Shown here: piece after piece, positions 1-13,801 of the stretch
Layout of the letters: each line of letters starts with the position of its first letter
How positions within the stretch are numbered: position 1 is the first letter of the stretch
NCBI GenBank assembly: GCA_030689605.1
Contig: JAUYFT010000026.1
Coordinates: 1-50,738 of the forward strand
Source of the DNA: a bacterium
GTDB taxonomy: Bacteria > Patescibacteriota > Patescibacteriia > PEXW01
DNA length: 50,738 bases
Direction: 5' to 3'
Notes under the pieces: generated by a model
What the model was told of the DNA's origin: nothing
The model's input: the letters and a program-made list of their open reading frames with translations, nothing else
Databases searched by the model: none
Position numbers and translations under genes: made by a program

Positions 1-1462
<1,462 letters not shown>

Positions 1463-1479
1463 TAGGTAGTACTCCGCGG

Positions 1480-4920
<3,441 letters not shown>

Positions 4921-5169
4921 ACATCACGGGTGATAAAGGAAGTGAAGTAAGGGATGCGCAAATTTGACAACCAGTACCGGGCGTGATCCAGTGCCCAGAA
5001 AAAATCACTATGCCATCAGCTGGACACAAAATTCCTCATTCCGTACGGAAGTACTGGAATGAGTTTGGTAACTCGTCCTACAACGAAACGTGATGCATGA
5101 TGTATGGCCTTGCCCCGATAGTGTCTGAGGGGCGCTCAATCTCCCCAAACATTGTGGGGAGGAGCTAGG

Positions 5170-5178
5170 TGTGGATAA
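5170..5178 (-). promoter_or_regulatory. Perfect DnaA-box 9-mer TTATCCACA (minus strand)
   Basis: Plus strand reads TGTGGATAA. It starts 4 nt downstream of the candidate -10. Confidence 0.6.
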
Positions 5179-5182
5179 AATG

Positions 5183-5211
5183 AACGTACAAGGAACCCCC
5201 GCCCCTGTCAA
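5183..5211 (-). promoter_or_regulatory. Candidate promoter in the rpoB upstream region, bracketed by two DnaA boxes
   Basis: Minus strand reads TTGACA (5211-5206), 17-nt spacer, TACGTT (5188-5183). Confidence 0.45.
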
Positions 5212-5221
5212 GCCTAGGGGG

Positions 5222-5230
5222 TGTGGATAA
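5222..5230 (-). promoter_or_regulatory. Perfect DnaA-box 9-mer TTATCCACA (minus strand)
   Basis: Plus strand reads TGTGGATAA. It lies exactly 10 nt upstream of the TTGACA at 5211-5206. Confidence 0.6.
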
Positions 5231-5269
5231 CTTCTGGTTCACAAAATACCCGCCCTTTGCGGCGCAACC

Positions 5270-6592
5270 TCACCGTTGCATTGTTGCCCAAACTTCTTTC
5301 AGGACTACACGGTCATCCCACGGTATAAGTTTTCCATTCGCAACGGCCATAACCTCTTCCCCGCCTTTACCCGTCAGGAGTAGCACATCACCCGCCTGCC
5401 CGAGCTGGAGGAGCTTTGCAATTGCCGCCCGCCGGTCGGTAATGCGGCTGATATTCGCTTTGCCTATTGCTTCGGCGGCCGTGGCAACGTCGGCAATTAT
5501 TTTCTCTGGATCCTCATCGTATGGGTCTTCATTCGTGACGACGACGACATCTGCATGTTCGGCAGCAAGTGCGCCCATCACGCTCCGCTTGGCATGGTCG
5601 CGCCCGCCGCCTTGCGCACCGAGTAACGTTAGGAGGCGCTTCGGTTCGAGTAATCGCACCGCAGCGTACGCCGCCTGCAGGCTCGCGGGTTCATGGCTGT
5701 AGTCGACGAAAACGCGGAACGGCGCGTTGAGTGCCACCTCTTCCATGCGACCAGGTACACCGGGGAAATTCGCCAGCGCAACAGCCGCACGGCTCCGATC
5801 GTAGCCCAGGCCATCCAGCACGGCGAGGGTGGCAAGCGCGTTCTGAACATTGAACGCGCCGAGCAACGGGACAACCCACTGTGCCCCTGCCACCTGGAAG
5901 GTACACTGCGCGGACGTGCAAGCCACCTGCTCTGCGCGCAATATTGCTAAACCCGGGACTGCTTTTACCGAACTGTCCGTTTGGGTGAAGCCTACATGCA
6001 CATCTGCAGCGTGACGGAGGAAAGAGAAAGCGTACGAATCATCAACATTCGCGGCGATGACGGTGGGAATTTTCTTTCCATTTAGGGTCTTCCGCCATGG
6101 CCGGTTTAGGCTGCTAAAAAGGCGCTCCTTCGCTTCGCGGTACATGCGGAAACTGCCGTGGCTCTCCACATGCTCGGGCGTAAGGTTTAGGAACACTGCC
6201 GCGTCGAACGCAATGCCAAGGTGGCGCCCTTGGGCTAACCCTTCAGAGGAAACTTCGAGGACGGTGACAGTGCACCCAGCCTTCACTGCACGCGCGAGGA
6301 AGTGTTGCAACTCGCCCCGGCCAGGCATGGTCAACTTGCTCCGGTTTGGCCAGGTCTTGCCGAGCATCCCCCACTGCACCGTGGATGAGAACGCGACGCG
6401 CTCGCCCAGTGCCGTAAGGCAGTGAGCCAGCATTGCGACGGTTGTGGACTTACCCTTCGTCCCGGTCACGCCAATAACCAGGAGCTTCCGCGCGGGCAAC
6501 CCAGCACGGAGTGCAGCCACACGCGCTTCGAGCACGTGGTATGTATTCACTACTCGCTTCGGAACGATTGCTCTAAGGAGGCGTTTGATCAT
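5270..6592 (-). CDS. Mur ligase family protein (MurE-like central and C-terminal domains, short N-terminus)
   Basis: Motifs seen: P-loop GVTGTKGKSTT, DYSHEP, and C-terminal LLGAQGGGRDHAKR...VVVTNEDPYDEDP. The ORF track starts at 6640. ATG 6592 (MIKRLL) forms an ATGA overlap with the stop of the upstream gene, so it is preferred. Confidence 0.8.
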   Translation of the reverse strand: MIKRLLRAIVPKRVVNTYHVLEARVAALRAGLPARKLLVIGVTGTKGKSTTVAMLAHCLTALGERVAFSSTVQWGMLGKTWPNRSKLTMPGRGELQHFLARAVKAGCTVTVLEVSSEGLAQGRHLGIAFDAAVFLNLTPEHVESHGSFRMYREAKERLFSSLNRPWRKTLNGKKIPTVIAANVDDSYAFSFLRHAADVHVGFTQTDSSVKAVPGLAILRAEQVACTSAQCTFQVAGAQWVVPLLGAFNVQNALATLAVLDGLGYDRSRAAVALANFPGVPGRMEEVALNAPFRVFVDYSHEPASLQAAYAAVRLLEPKRLLTLLGAQGGGRDHAKRSVMGALAAEHADVVVVTNEDPYDEDPEKIIADVATAAEAIGKANISRITDRRAAIAKLLQLGQAGDVLLLTGKGGEEVMAVANGKLIPWDDRVVLKEVWATMQR

Positions 6593-7197
6593 TGCATTTG
6601 CTTTCGACGTCGCACCCAGACGATGATGAGGATGAGGCAAACTGCGCCAATCGTGTTCAAGAGCATGTCGTTACCGGTGTCTAAGGCACTGCCAAGACGA
6701 TTGCTCCCGAAAATGACATCCTCGCCGTACTCTTCCAACTCGTACAGCGAGCCAATGGCCATGCTACCGAGGATACTCACGAAACCACGAAATTTCTGTC
6801 CCAGCTGGATGCGCTGAGCTTCGTGGAGGGCGGTGAATAGGTCGTAGAGAATTAACGCGACCACCGCGCCCCCCACGAGGTGCGCTACTTGGTCGTACCA
6901 GCTAAACGTCCCGTACAGTCGCAGGATGTCACCGAACGCATCTGTGCACTGGCTGATGAGCGTCGCGAAGAACGTCCACGCCCACAGGTTGCGCGCCCCG
7001 ACCTTCCGCAACCGCCAGGAAATTACTTCAAGTGCGCCCCAGGCCAAGCTCGCGGTCAGGATGAGGCCCAGCCAAGTGAACTCCAACGTCAGTGGCAAAA
7101 TCTTCGCCCAGCTTAAGACCTCAACGAAAATCCAAGCCCCAAAGGTAAAACGGGCGATCTTGAGCATAGTACTCGGGCGTTGCTCCATATTCAGCAC
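6589..7197 (-). CDS. Integral membrane protein, function unknown
   Basis: 202-aa ORF with several hydrophobic helices (FGAWIFVEVLSWAKILPL, LGLILTASLAWGALEVI, VGGAVVALILY, AVCLILIIVWV). It is translationally coupled to the Mur ligase gene. Confidence 0.55.
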   Translation of the reverse strand: MLNMEQRPSTMLKIARFTFGAWIFVEVLSWAKILPLTLEFTWLGLILTASLAWGALEVISWRLRKVGARNLWAWTFFATLISQCTDAFGDILRLYGTFSWYDQVAHLVGGAVVALILYDLFTALHEAQRIQLGQKFRGFVSILGSMAIGSLYELEEYGEDVIFGSNRLGSALDTGNDMLLNTIGAVCLILIIVWVRRRKQMQ

Positions 7198-7386
7198 GGT
7201 AGCAAAAAAAGAGCCAAGTCACGAATGTGAAATGGCTCAAGATATTGATGTAGCTAACGAATTAGCGATGTTGATGTTGTACGAGATCCAAATGGACTTT
7301 GTGACTACAGTGTAGCAGCCAAAACACCCCTTGGCAACTACCAAGTATGCAATTCTCCTACTATTTTCAAAACCTTGAAAAACAAC

Positions 7387-7395
7387 TGTGGATAA
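7387..7395 (-). promoter_or_regulatory. Perfect DnaA-box 9-mer TTATCCACA (minus strand)
   Basis: Plus strand reads TGTGGATAA, directly after the stop of the lipoprotein gene. Confidence 0.5.
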
Positions 7396-7797
7396 CTACT
7401 GGGCTCGCACGAAATTACCCTCGAGGTCGAGTTCAACAAAATGCTTGGCCGTACCGTTGAGGTAATTCTTGCACTGGTTGGCAGGTTCATCATCCACGAC
7501 CAGGCGGGGGTTATGCACCAGGTCAGCGACCCAACCGCTGGTGAGGTTTTCCGAAAGGCACGGGCCGTTCGCAATCTCTTCGCCCTGAACCTTGAACGCA
7601 TTGTAGAACTCTTTCGCACGGGCGGTGGCAAACTTTATTTCGGCGGCTTGCTTAATGGCAATATCTGTCACACCTGTGGCTTTGTTCACAATGGTGCCGG
7701 TATCAGTCTTTACCTCGCTGGCCGTGTTCGCAACCTTCTGCCCGAACGTGCAGGCGGAGAGAAAAAGTAATGGGATAATGATGAGAAATTTTTTCAT
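7396..7797 (-). CDS. Small lipoprotein, function unknown
   Basis: N-terminus MKKFLIIIPLLFLSAC carries a lipobox (L-S-A-C). The start lies 1 nt after the stop of the upstream gene. Confidence 0.6.
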   Translation of the reverse strand: MKKFLIIIPLLFLSACTFGQKVANTASEVKTDTGTIVNKATGVTDIAIKQAAEIKFATARAKEFYNAFKVQGEEIANGPCLSENLTSGWVADLVHNPRLVVDDEPANQCKNYLNGTAKHFVELDLEGNFVRAQ

Positions 7798-7798
7798 A

Positions 7799-9094
7799 CT
7801 ACTTGTACGTTACGCTGCGAGCTCCCGGCACAACCTCTACCCACGTGGTGCCGCGATTGAACTCAACTTGAGTTTGTGAGCCTTTTACATAGTATATCGT
7901 CCGGCTATTCTTGTCCTTCTTCCACCAGCGCAGTTGGATGGCTTTCCCGTCACGGTAGAGCGTGGCGTCGCCGCGGCCAATGAGCTTGAGCTCGATGCGA
8001 AGTTTACGATCCAGGATTTTTTCTTTGGGCACGCGCATGACCAGCACGTTGGCGGCACGGATCTGCTTGCCGGTATTGCGATCCGTCGCAAGGCGACCAC
8101 CGTTCTGCCGCTTGTACCGGTTGGACGCTCGATCGTACGTCCACACCACCCGGTAGGTCAGGCCATTGAAATCGATGGTGAGCTTCTTGCTGCTCGCACT
8201 CTTCGGTCGGTTCTTCAACGGCACGTCATTCTTGTAGACCCAACCGTCACTCGACTTCGCATTTATTGTGGTGAGCTTCTTCTCTTTTACTAGCTTATCC
8301 AGCTGCACCGCACTGGTGAACAGGCAGTGGACGCCGTAGCACTTCCGGGAATAGTACTTAGCTCCGACGTTCCGCAGGCCATCGTACGAACGCATCTTCA
8401 ACCGACCAATTTCCTGCAGCGCATCTTGGCTGCCGCCCGCGTGCAGGTAAATGGCGTCGTGCTCTTTCGCCCAGTCCACGTAGTAGGGGCGGGTAGACCG
8501 GACTGGCCCGAGAAGCTTGGGCTTGATTGCTTGCGGGAAAATTGCGAGAAAGCGTGTGACGCCACCCTCGGCCAGCGTCTCATACACAATGGACGCTTGA
8601 CTTAAGCCCGCCTGCGGCCGCGCGGCGAGCGTGTTCTCAATCATCACGCCGAACGGCAGTTGGTTCCACACTTTCGTCGGCACCATCATGCCGTCCACTT
8701 TGCGTCGCCACGTTGCAGGAACACTCACAGTCGTTGTCGTCAGGACGCTCTTAGCGGCACCTTTCACTACTTGGGTTGCAACAACGTGCGAGCCGACTTT
8801 CAAACTTTTCTTATACGTGTACGTAAACCAATTGGTCGTTGCTTTCTTACTAGTGGTTTTCTGCACCGCCGCGCCACCGACGAGTTTGCCGTCTATCCAC
8901 ACCAACACCGTGCTCTTTACAGCAGCTTTGCCGCTGATGATGAAAGGTTGGTCGAGAACATTGCCTCCATCCTTTGGAAAATAGATAAGCGCGCGATCAA
9001 TGGCTTGGGCGGCGTGCGTGCCAAATGCAAAAAGCCCGGCGCTTATTGCGACGGTAGCGATTGTAATGCGGAGCACCTGATTTTTAATTTTCAT
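7799..9094 (-). CDS. DUF3048-family secreted protein (YerB-like)
   Basis: Signal peptide MKIKNQVLRITIATVAISAGLFAFGTHAAQA. The central block VMIENTLAARPQAGLSQASIVYETLAEGGVTRFLAIF is typical of DUF3048. ATG 9094 is preferred over the ORF-track start 9124. Confidence 0.72.
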   Translation of the reverse strand: MKIKNQVLRITIATVAISAGLFAFGTHAAQAIDRALIYFPKDGGNVLDQPFIISGKAAVKSTVLVWIDGKLVGGAAVQKTTSKKATTNWFTYTYKKSLKVGSHVVATQVVKGAAKSVLTTTTVSVPATWRRKVDGMMVPTKVWNQLPFGVMIENTLAARPQAGLSQASIVYETLAEGGVTRFLAIFPQAIKPKLLGPVRSTRPYYVDWAKEHDAIYLHAGGSQDALQEIGRLKMRSYDGLRNVGAKYYSRKCYGVHCLFTSAVQLDKLVKEKKLTTINAKSSDGWVYKNDVPLKNRPKSASSKKLTIDFNGLTYRVVWTYDRASNRYKRQNGGRLATDRNTGKQIRAANVLVMRVPKEKILDRKLRIELKLIGRGDATLYRDGKAIQLRWWKKDKNSRTIYYVKGSQTQVEFNRGTTWVEVVPGARSVTYK

Positions 9095-9139
9095 TCTGCA
9101 ATGAGTATAGCAGAATACTACCATTTAGTCAATTCAGAA

Positions 9140-9511
9140 TTACTTCTTCAGCCGCCGTTCTACCCGACCAAGTGATGCTTTGATTTCTAAAATTTCCTTT
9201 TCGGCTTTCACGTTCACCTCATAATCTAATTGCTCGCGAATCTCGTTGCGCTTCGATTCCTGGTTTTGCGAAATGAGCACAAAGGTGGAAAGGAAAATCG
9301 CTTCCAACGATACCACCATGGTGAGGAAGTTGAATGGGTATGGGTCCCAGGCGAATTCCCCAGCGATGATGTTCAAGCCAATCCAGAGGATGAACAGAAC
9401 CGTGTGCCACCACACGAAACGCATGTTCCCGGTAAAGGAAGCGATGCGCTGGGCAATGTGATCACCAGTGGAGAGCTTGCTTTCAAAAACTTTCTTTGGA
9501 TGTTTGGGCAT
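9140..9511 (-). CDS. DUF1003-family membrane protein
   Basis: WDPYPFNFLTMVVSLEAIFLSTFVLISQNQESKRNEIREQLDYEVNVKAEKEI matches the DUF1003 core as I remember it. Confidence 0.68.
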   Translation of the reverse strand: MPKHPKKVFESKLSTGDHIAQRIASFTGNMRFVWWHTVLFILWIGLNIIAGEFAWDPYPFNFLTMVVSLEAIFLSTFVLISQNQESKRNEIREQLDYEVNVKAEKEILEIKASLGRVERRLKK

Positions 9512-9639
9512 AGTTTGTATCAGCAGTATACCCCAACCTCACGCCTTGTCACGACGCTTGGGGGGTAAAGTACTTTTCCCCTTTCAGTCCCGATTTTTCC
9601 GAAATCTCCGATTTCGTGAAAAATCGAGGATCCCGCACC

Positions 9640-10971
9640 CTATGTGGTGCGGGACTTCTTAGGTTTAAAGTAAATTTGCCCTTTTAGTTTTGCTGGTAGA
9701 TATTCCTGTTGGCCGGCGGCTGGCGAGTAGTCATGCGAGTACTTGTAGTCCTTGCCATAGTTCAAGTCTTGCATGAGGTCGGTTACGGCGTTGCGGAGAT
9801 GGAGCGGCACGGGTGCATTCATAGTGTCTTTTACGTCTTTCTTCGCTGCTAGTAAGCCGGTGTAGGCCGTGTTGTTTTTCGGGGCGAGCGCCAAGTAGAC
9901 CACGCCATGCGCCAAGCTGATCTGGCATTCAGGATAACCAATAAGCTTCACCGCATTGAATACGGCGACGGCGAGTTGCAGCGCTTGCGGATCAGCTAAG
10001 CCGATGTCTTCGGAGGCAAACACGACCATGCGTCGGGCAATGAACTCGGGGTCCTCCCCGGCTTCCACCATGCGGTTTAGCCAGTACAGCGCCCCATCAG
10101 GATTAGACCCGCGCATACTCTTGATAAAGGCCGAAATGACGTTGTAGTGCTCTTCCCCGTGCTTGTCGTACTGCAAAGCTTTGTGCTGGAGGGCGTCTTC
10201 CATGTCAGTTAGGCTGACATGCTTCACATCATCTGTGTCTTTGACCGCGGCTTTCACACCGATCTCCAAGGCGTTAAGAACGGTACGCGCGTCACCGTTA
10301 CCAGCACTCATCAGCAGATCCATCGCTTTAGCAGCAATCTTCACTTTCTCTCTCCCCAGGCCTACAACTTTGTCCGTTAGCGCCCGCTTCACAATCTTGC
10401 TAAGCTCGGGTACGCCCAAGCGCTTAAGCACGAAGATACGTGAGCGGGAGAGGAGTGGCGAAATAATTTCGAATGAAGGATTCTCCGTGGTCGCACCGAT
10501 GAGAACGACAGTTCCATTTTCGACGGCGGGAAGGAATGCGTCCTGCTGGGCTTTGTTCCACCGGTGGATTTCATCTACGAAAAGTACCGTGCGCTCGCCG
10601 TGGAACTTTCGCCGCTCGCCTGCCTGTTCCACCACCCGCCGCAGATCCGCAATCCCACTCGTCACCGCCGACATTTGCTCGTAGTGCGACTTGGTGAGGT
10701 TGGCAATGATGCGCGCCAGGGTGGTCTTGCCACTGCCCGGCGGCCCCCAGAAGATGATAGAGAAGAGTTCGTCGTTCTCAATCGCCTTGCGGAGTAACTT
10801 CCCTTCACCAATAATGTCCTCTTGCCCGACGTAGTCTTCCAGCTTCATAGGCCGCAGCCGGTCGGCGAGCGGCACGAAGCGGGCGACATCGTGACTGACG
10901 CGCTGGTCAAAGAGGTCGGGGGTAGTAGACCGTTTTGCCATAGGTAGGAGCATTGTACTCCTCGTGGGCAT
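9640..10971 (-). CDS. rarA: Replication-associated recombination protein A (AAA+ ATPase)
   Basis: Walker A GPPGSGKTT, Walker B VLFVDEIHRWNKAQQD, and MgsA C-terminal block HYNVISAFIKSMRGSNPDGALYWL. The start is ambiguous: ATG 10971, or ATG 10953, which is preceded by GAGGAG. Confidence 0.9.
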   Translation of the reverse strand: MPTRSTMLLPMAKRSTTPDLFDQRVSHDVARFVPLADRLRPMKLEDYVGQEDIIGEGKLLRKAIENDELFSIIFWGPPGSGKTTLARIIANLTKSHYEQMSAVTSGIADLRRVVEQAGERRKFHGERTVLFVDEIHRWNKAQQDAFLPAVENGTVVLIGATTENPSFEIISPLLSRSRIFVLKRLGVPELSKIVKRALTDKVVGLGREKVKIAAKAMDLLMSAGNGDARTVLNALEIGVKAAVKDTDDVKHVSLTDMEDALQHKALQYDKHGEEHYNVISAFIKSMRGSNPDGALYWLNRMVEAGEDPEFIARRMVVFASEDIGLADPQALQLAVAVFNAVKLIGYPECQISLAHGVVYLALAPKNNTAYTGLLAAKKDVKDTMNAPVPLHLRNAVTDLMQDLNYGKDYKYSHDYSPAAGQQEYLPAKLKGQIYFKPKKSRTT

Positions 10972-10991
10972 TTATAGCACCAAGTTGAGGC

Positions 10992-13034
10992 CTATATATT
11001 GATTATCCTATCTTCCCCATCCCAATCCCCGCTCGCCTGCGATTCCTGCACGTCCACACGTTCCACCAACTTCGACGGTATCTCGTCGAGGAAGCGTGAG
11101 GGCCGGGTGAGGATCATAGAGCCGGTGGGATTGATGACCAGCGGGTACGTGAGTGTGAGGTGAGTCTTGGCGCGCGTCACAGCGACGTAAAAGAGCCGCC
11201 GCTCTTCTTCTATACCGTTCGCCTCATCAACAGCACGGGCATTGGGGAAACCACCTTCCAGCAGTCGCGGCACGAACACTGCTTCCCACTCCAGGCCTTT
11301 CGCCTGGTGGATAGTTGAGAGCACAATGGAGTCAGTGTCTTCACCACTCATAGCCGCGCCGACACTGAACGCCTCTTGCAAGCTCACGTCCGTGAGAAAC
11401 GAATCGAGCGACGTGTACTTACCAGCGAAAAGTGCGAGCTGCTCCAAGTCTTGCAGACGTTCGTCCGCATCTTGGTACTGCGTACGCAGGTAGTCCACGT
11501 AGTCGCTCGTGGCCAGGATGCGAATGAGGTCTTGCGGGTGGAAGCTTGGCTCGGTTTTCTTTGGGTCGGTAACTGCCGCGGCGAGCAAGGTGCGCAAAAG
11601 CTTTTGAAAAATCTCGACGCCTCGGTTGCCACGCTTATCTGCGAACGAGACCAGGTCGGTGGATGCAAGCGACTTTACATCGACTATGCCAGTAAGCTTT
11701 TGAAAAAGATTCCCTGCCGTCTTCGGTCCCACGCCAACTTGCAAACCCAACGCCCGCAGCCATGCCACCTCATCCTGCGGATTGGCAATGAGTTTGAGGT
11801 GCGCCACAATATCCTTTATATGCGCGCGTTCGAAAAATCGTAAGCCACCCCGGACGATGTACGGAATGTCCCGCTGCGCCAGCTCGAATTCCAAGGCCTG
11901 CGTATGACTAATGGCGCGGACAAGAACGGCAATGTCCGCGAGCTTCAAGCCTTGCTCCTGCAGCTCAAGTACCCGCTGGCTAATGTATGTCGCTTCTTGG
12001 CCATCATCCCGGCACGGTACGACCGACGGTTTCTCCCCGCTCGGCCGGGCTGGGGCGAGCTCTTTGGGAAACTGCTCGATGTTGTTGGCAATGACCGCGT
12101 TCGCTACAGAAAGAATCTCTGGCGTGGACCGGTAGTTTGTTTGCAAACGAAATTTCTTCACGTCCTTAAAGTCTTTGGGGAATTGTAAAATATTCTGGAT
12201 CATTGCCCCGCGGAAGGCGTAGATACTTTGGGCGTCATCGCCGACGACCAAGAGATTGCCGTGACGGCTGGCTAAGTGACGCACCAAGTCACCCTGCAGG
12301 GAGTTCGTGTCTTGGAACTCATCCACGAGCACGTACTGAAACTGCTCTTGCAAGCGCTCGCAAACGTCCTGGTGCTCGGTGAGCAGGCGGAGCATGAGTT
12401 CGAGTAGGTCATCAAAGTCCACCAGGTTCTGCTTCTCTTTACGGGCGGCGTAGCGTTTGGCCACGGCCTGCACCTGCTCGGCCATGTGGCTGAAGTTCGG
12501 CAAGCGCTCGTGGACAACTTCAGATAAATCCCGTCGGGTATTACGCGAGAAAGAAATCATGTTCTGCAGAATGCCTGGCGCCGGGAAGCGCTTCTGCGTG
12601 GTATCGATGTCGAGGTCGGCGACGCACGCCGCAATGAGGCTGCGGCTGTCTTCCTGGTCGAGGATGGAGAAACTGGACGTGCGACCCACGCGGCTGGCGT
12701 ACTTGCGCAAAATGCGGTTGGCCACGTGGTGGAAAGTCCCACCCCAAATTGGTGTCGGGACGTTGCCGAGTAGCTCCTGCACGCGGGTGAGCATCTCTCG
12801 CGCCGCTTTGTTGGTGAAGGTAACGAGCAAAATTCGATCTGGCGGAACGCCGTGCTCCAGCAGCCACGCCACGCGGTAAACAATGGTGCGGGTTTTCCCC
12901 GAACCTGCGCCAGCGAGCACCAACACATGCCCGTCACCATTTTCCACAACTGCTAATTGCTCCGCGTTAAGCTCCTTGGCGTAATCTATCTTCAGGTCAG
13001 TAATGGGCTTCCGCTTCAGGACGTAGGTGGACAT
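10992..13034 (-). CDS. uvrD: UvrD/PcrA-type superfamily-1 DNA helicase
   Basis: Helicase motifs AGAGSGKT, VDEFQDTN, VGDDAQSIYAFRGA, TIHQAKGLEWEAVF and YVAVTRAK. Confidence 0.92.
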   Translation of the reverse strand: MSTYVLKRKPITDLKIDYAKELNAEQLAVVENGDGHVLVLAGAGSGKTRTIVYRVAWLLEHGVPPDRILLVTFTNKAAREMLTRVQELLGNVPTPIWGGTFHHVANRILRKYASRVGRTSSFSILDQEDSRSLIAACVADLDIDTTQKRFPAPGILQNMISFSRNTRRDLSEVVHERLPNFSHMAEQVQAVAKRYAARKEKQNLVDFDDLLELMLRLLTEHQDVCERLQEQFQYVLVDEFQDTNSLQGDLVRHLASRHGNLLVVGDDAQSIYAFRGAMIQNILQFPKDFKDVKKFRLQTNYRSTPEILSVANAVIANNIEQFPKELAPARPSGEKPSVVPCRDDGQEATYISQRVLELQEQGLKLADIAVLVRAISHTQALEFELAQRDIPYIVRGGLRFFERAHIKDIVAHLKLIANPQDEVAWLRALGLQVGVGPKTAGNLFQKLTGIVDVKSLASTDLVSFADKRGNRGVEIFQKLLRTLLAAAVTDPKKTEPSFHPQDLIRILATSDYVDYLRTQYQDADERLQDLEQLALFAGKYTSLDSFLTDVSLQEAFSVGAAMSGEDTDSIVLSTIHQAKGLEWEAVFVPRLLEGGFPNARAVDEANGIEEERRLFYVAVTRAKTHLTLTYPLVINPTGSMILTRPSRFLDEIPSKLVERVDVQESQASGDWDGEDRIINI

Positions 13035-13043
13035 GGTTTTCGC

Positions 13044-13072
13044 ATAGTACCTTCTTCAATATTTTCTGTCAT
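13044..13072 (-). promoter_or_regulatory. uvrD promoter (ATGACA-N17-TACTAT), 9 nt from the ATG
   Basis: Minus strand reads AGAATGACAGAAAATATTGAAGAAGGTACTATGCGAAAACCATG. Confidence 0.55.
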
Positions 13073-13237
13073 TCTGATGTTTTATAATTTTCATGAAACG
13101 CGCACGCTAGAGAGCGTGCGCTCGGTTATTGATAACGAGGCCGAGCGCAGGCCTCTGTGCCTCCCCTCCTGCCCGAGGAGGGGTGCCCGCAGGGCGGGGT
13201 GGTGGGAGCCGCGGGCAGAGACGCCCGCGCTTGAATA

Positions 13238-13801
13238 TCATTTCCGCAAGCTCAACTCATATCTTATCTCCTCAATGCGCTTGAGGTTGCGCTTGGCTTC
13301 GTCAAACTTCTGCCGCGCTTGGCCAGTGAGGTCGGCTTCGGCGAGGTGGCGCACGACGTCGCTGACGGTTGTGTAGATTTTTTCCACGTCCTTCAGCTTC
13401 CGCTCGGTGGCCTTAAGCACGGCGCGTCGTCCCAGTTCACCCGTGAAATCGGCGAGCGCGCCAATCTGCTGCTCGGGCGCCAGCTTCGGCTTTTTTGGAA
13501 ACGCAAGCTTCTTCCCGCGCGCAAACTCCACCACTAGCCATGCTTCACCGAATTCTTCCAATGCCGCCAAAAGATTACCGTCGTTGAGGAAACGAGAATT
13601 ATCTTTGAGCTTGCGCTGCAATTTCTCCAACTGCTCACCAGCTTGGACTACTAGTTTCTTTGCGCCGTGGTCGTCGTTGCGGTGCACGGCAAAAATGGCG
13701 AGCTTGGACTGCTGCAAGGCTTCGCGCGTCTGCCGAATGACTACTTCACGGACGCTACGTTGCTTCTGCAGGTCCTTGGTGATGCGGTGGAACAAGCTCA
13801 T
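13238..13801 (-). CDS. Translin-family protein
   Basis: IGALADFTGELGRRAV resembles the translin/TRAX GLADLTGELMR motif, and the protein is helical. ATG 13801 forms an ATGA overlap with the NUDIX stop, so it is preferred over 13867. Confidence 0.62.
   Translation of the reverse strand: MSLFHRITKDLQKQRSVREVVIRQTREALQQSKLAIFAVHRNDDHGAKKLVVQAGEQLEKLQRKLKDNSRFLNDGNLLAALEEFGEAWLVVEFARGKKLAFPKKPKLAPEQQIGALADFTGELGRRAVLKATERKLKDVEKIYTTVSDVVRHLAEADLTGQARQKFDEAKRNLKRIEEIRYELSLRK

Noticed and set aside
4921-5269. Replication origin in the rpoB-Mur ligase spacer
   Set aside because: It has only two DnaA boxes, no obvious AT-rich unwinding element, no dnaA or dnaN nearby, and genes on both sides share the same orientation. 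It is better explained as promoter control.
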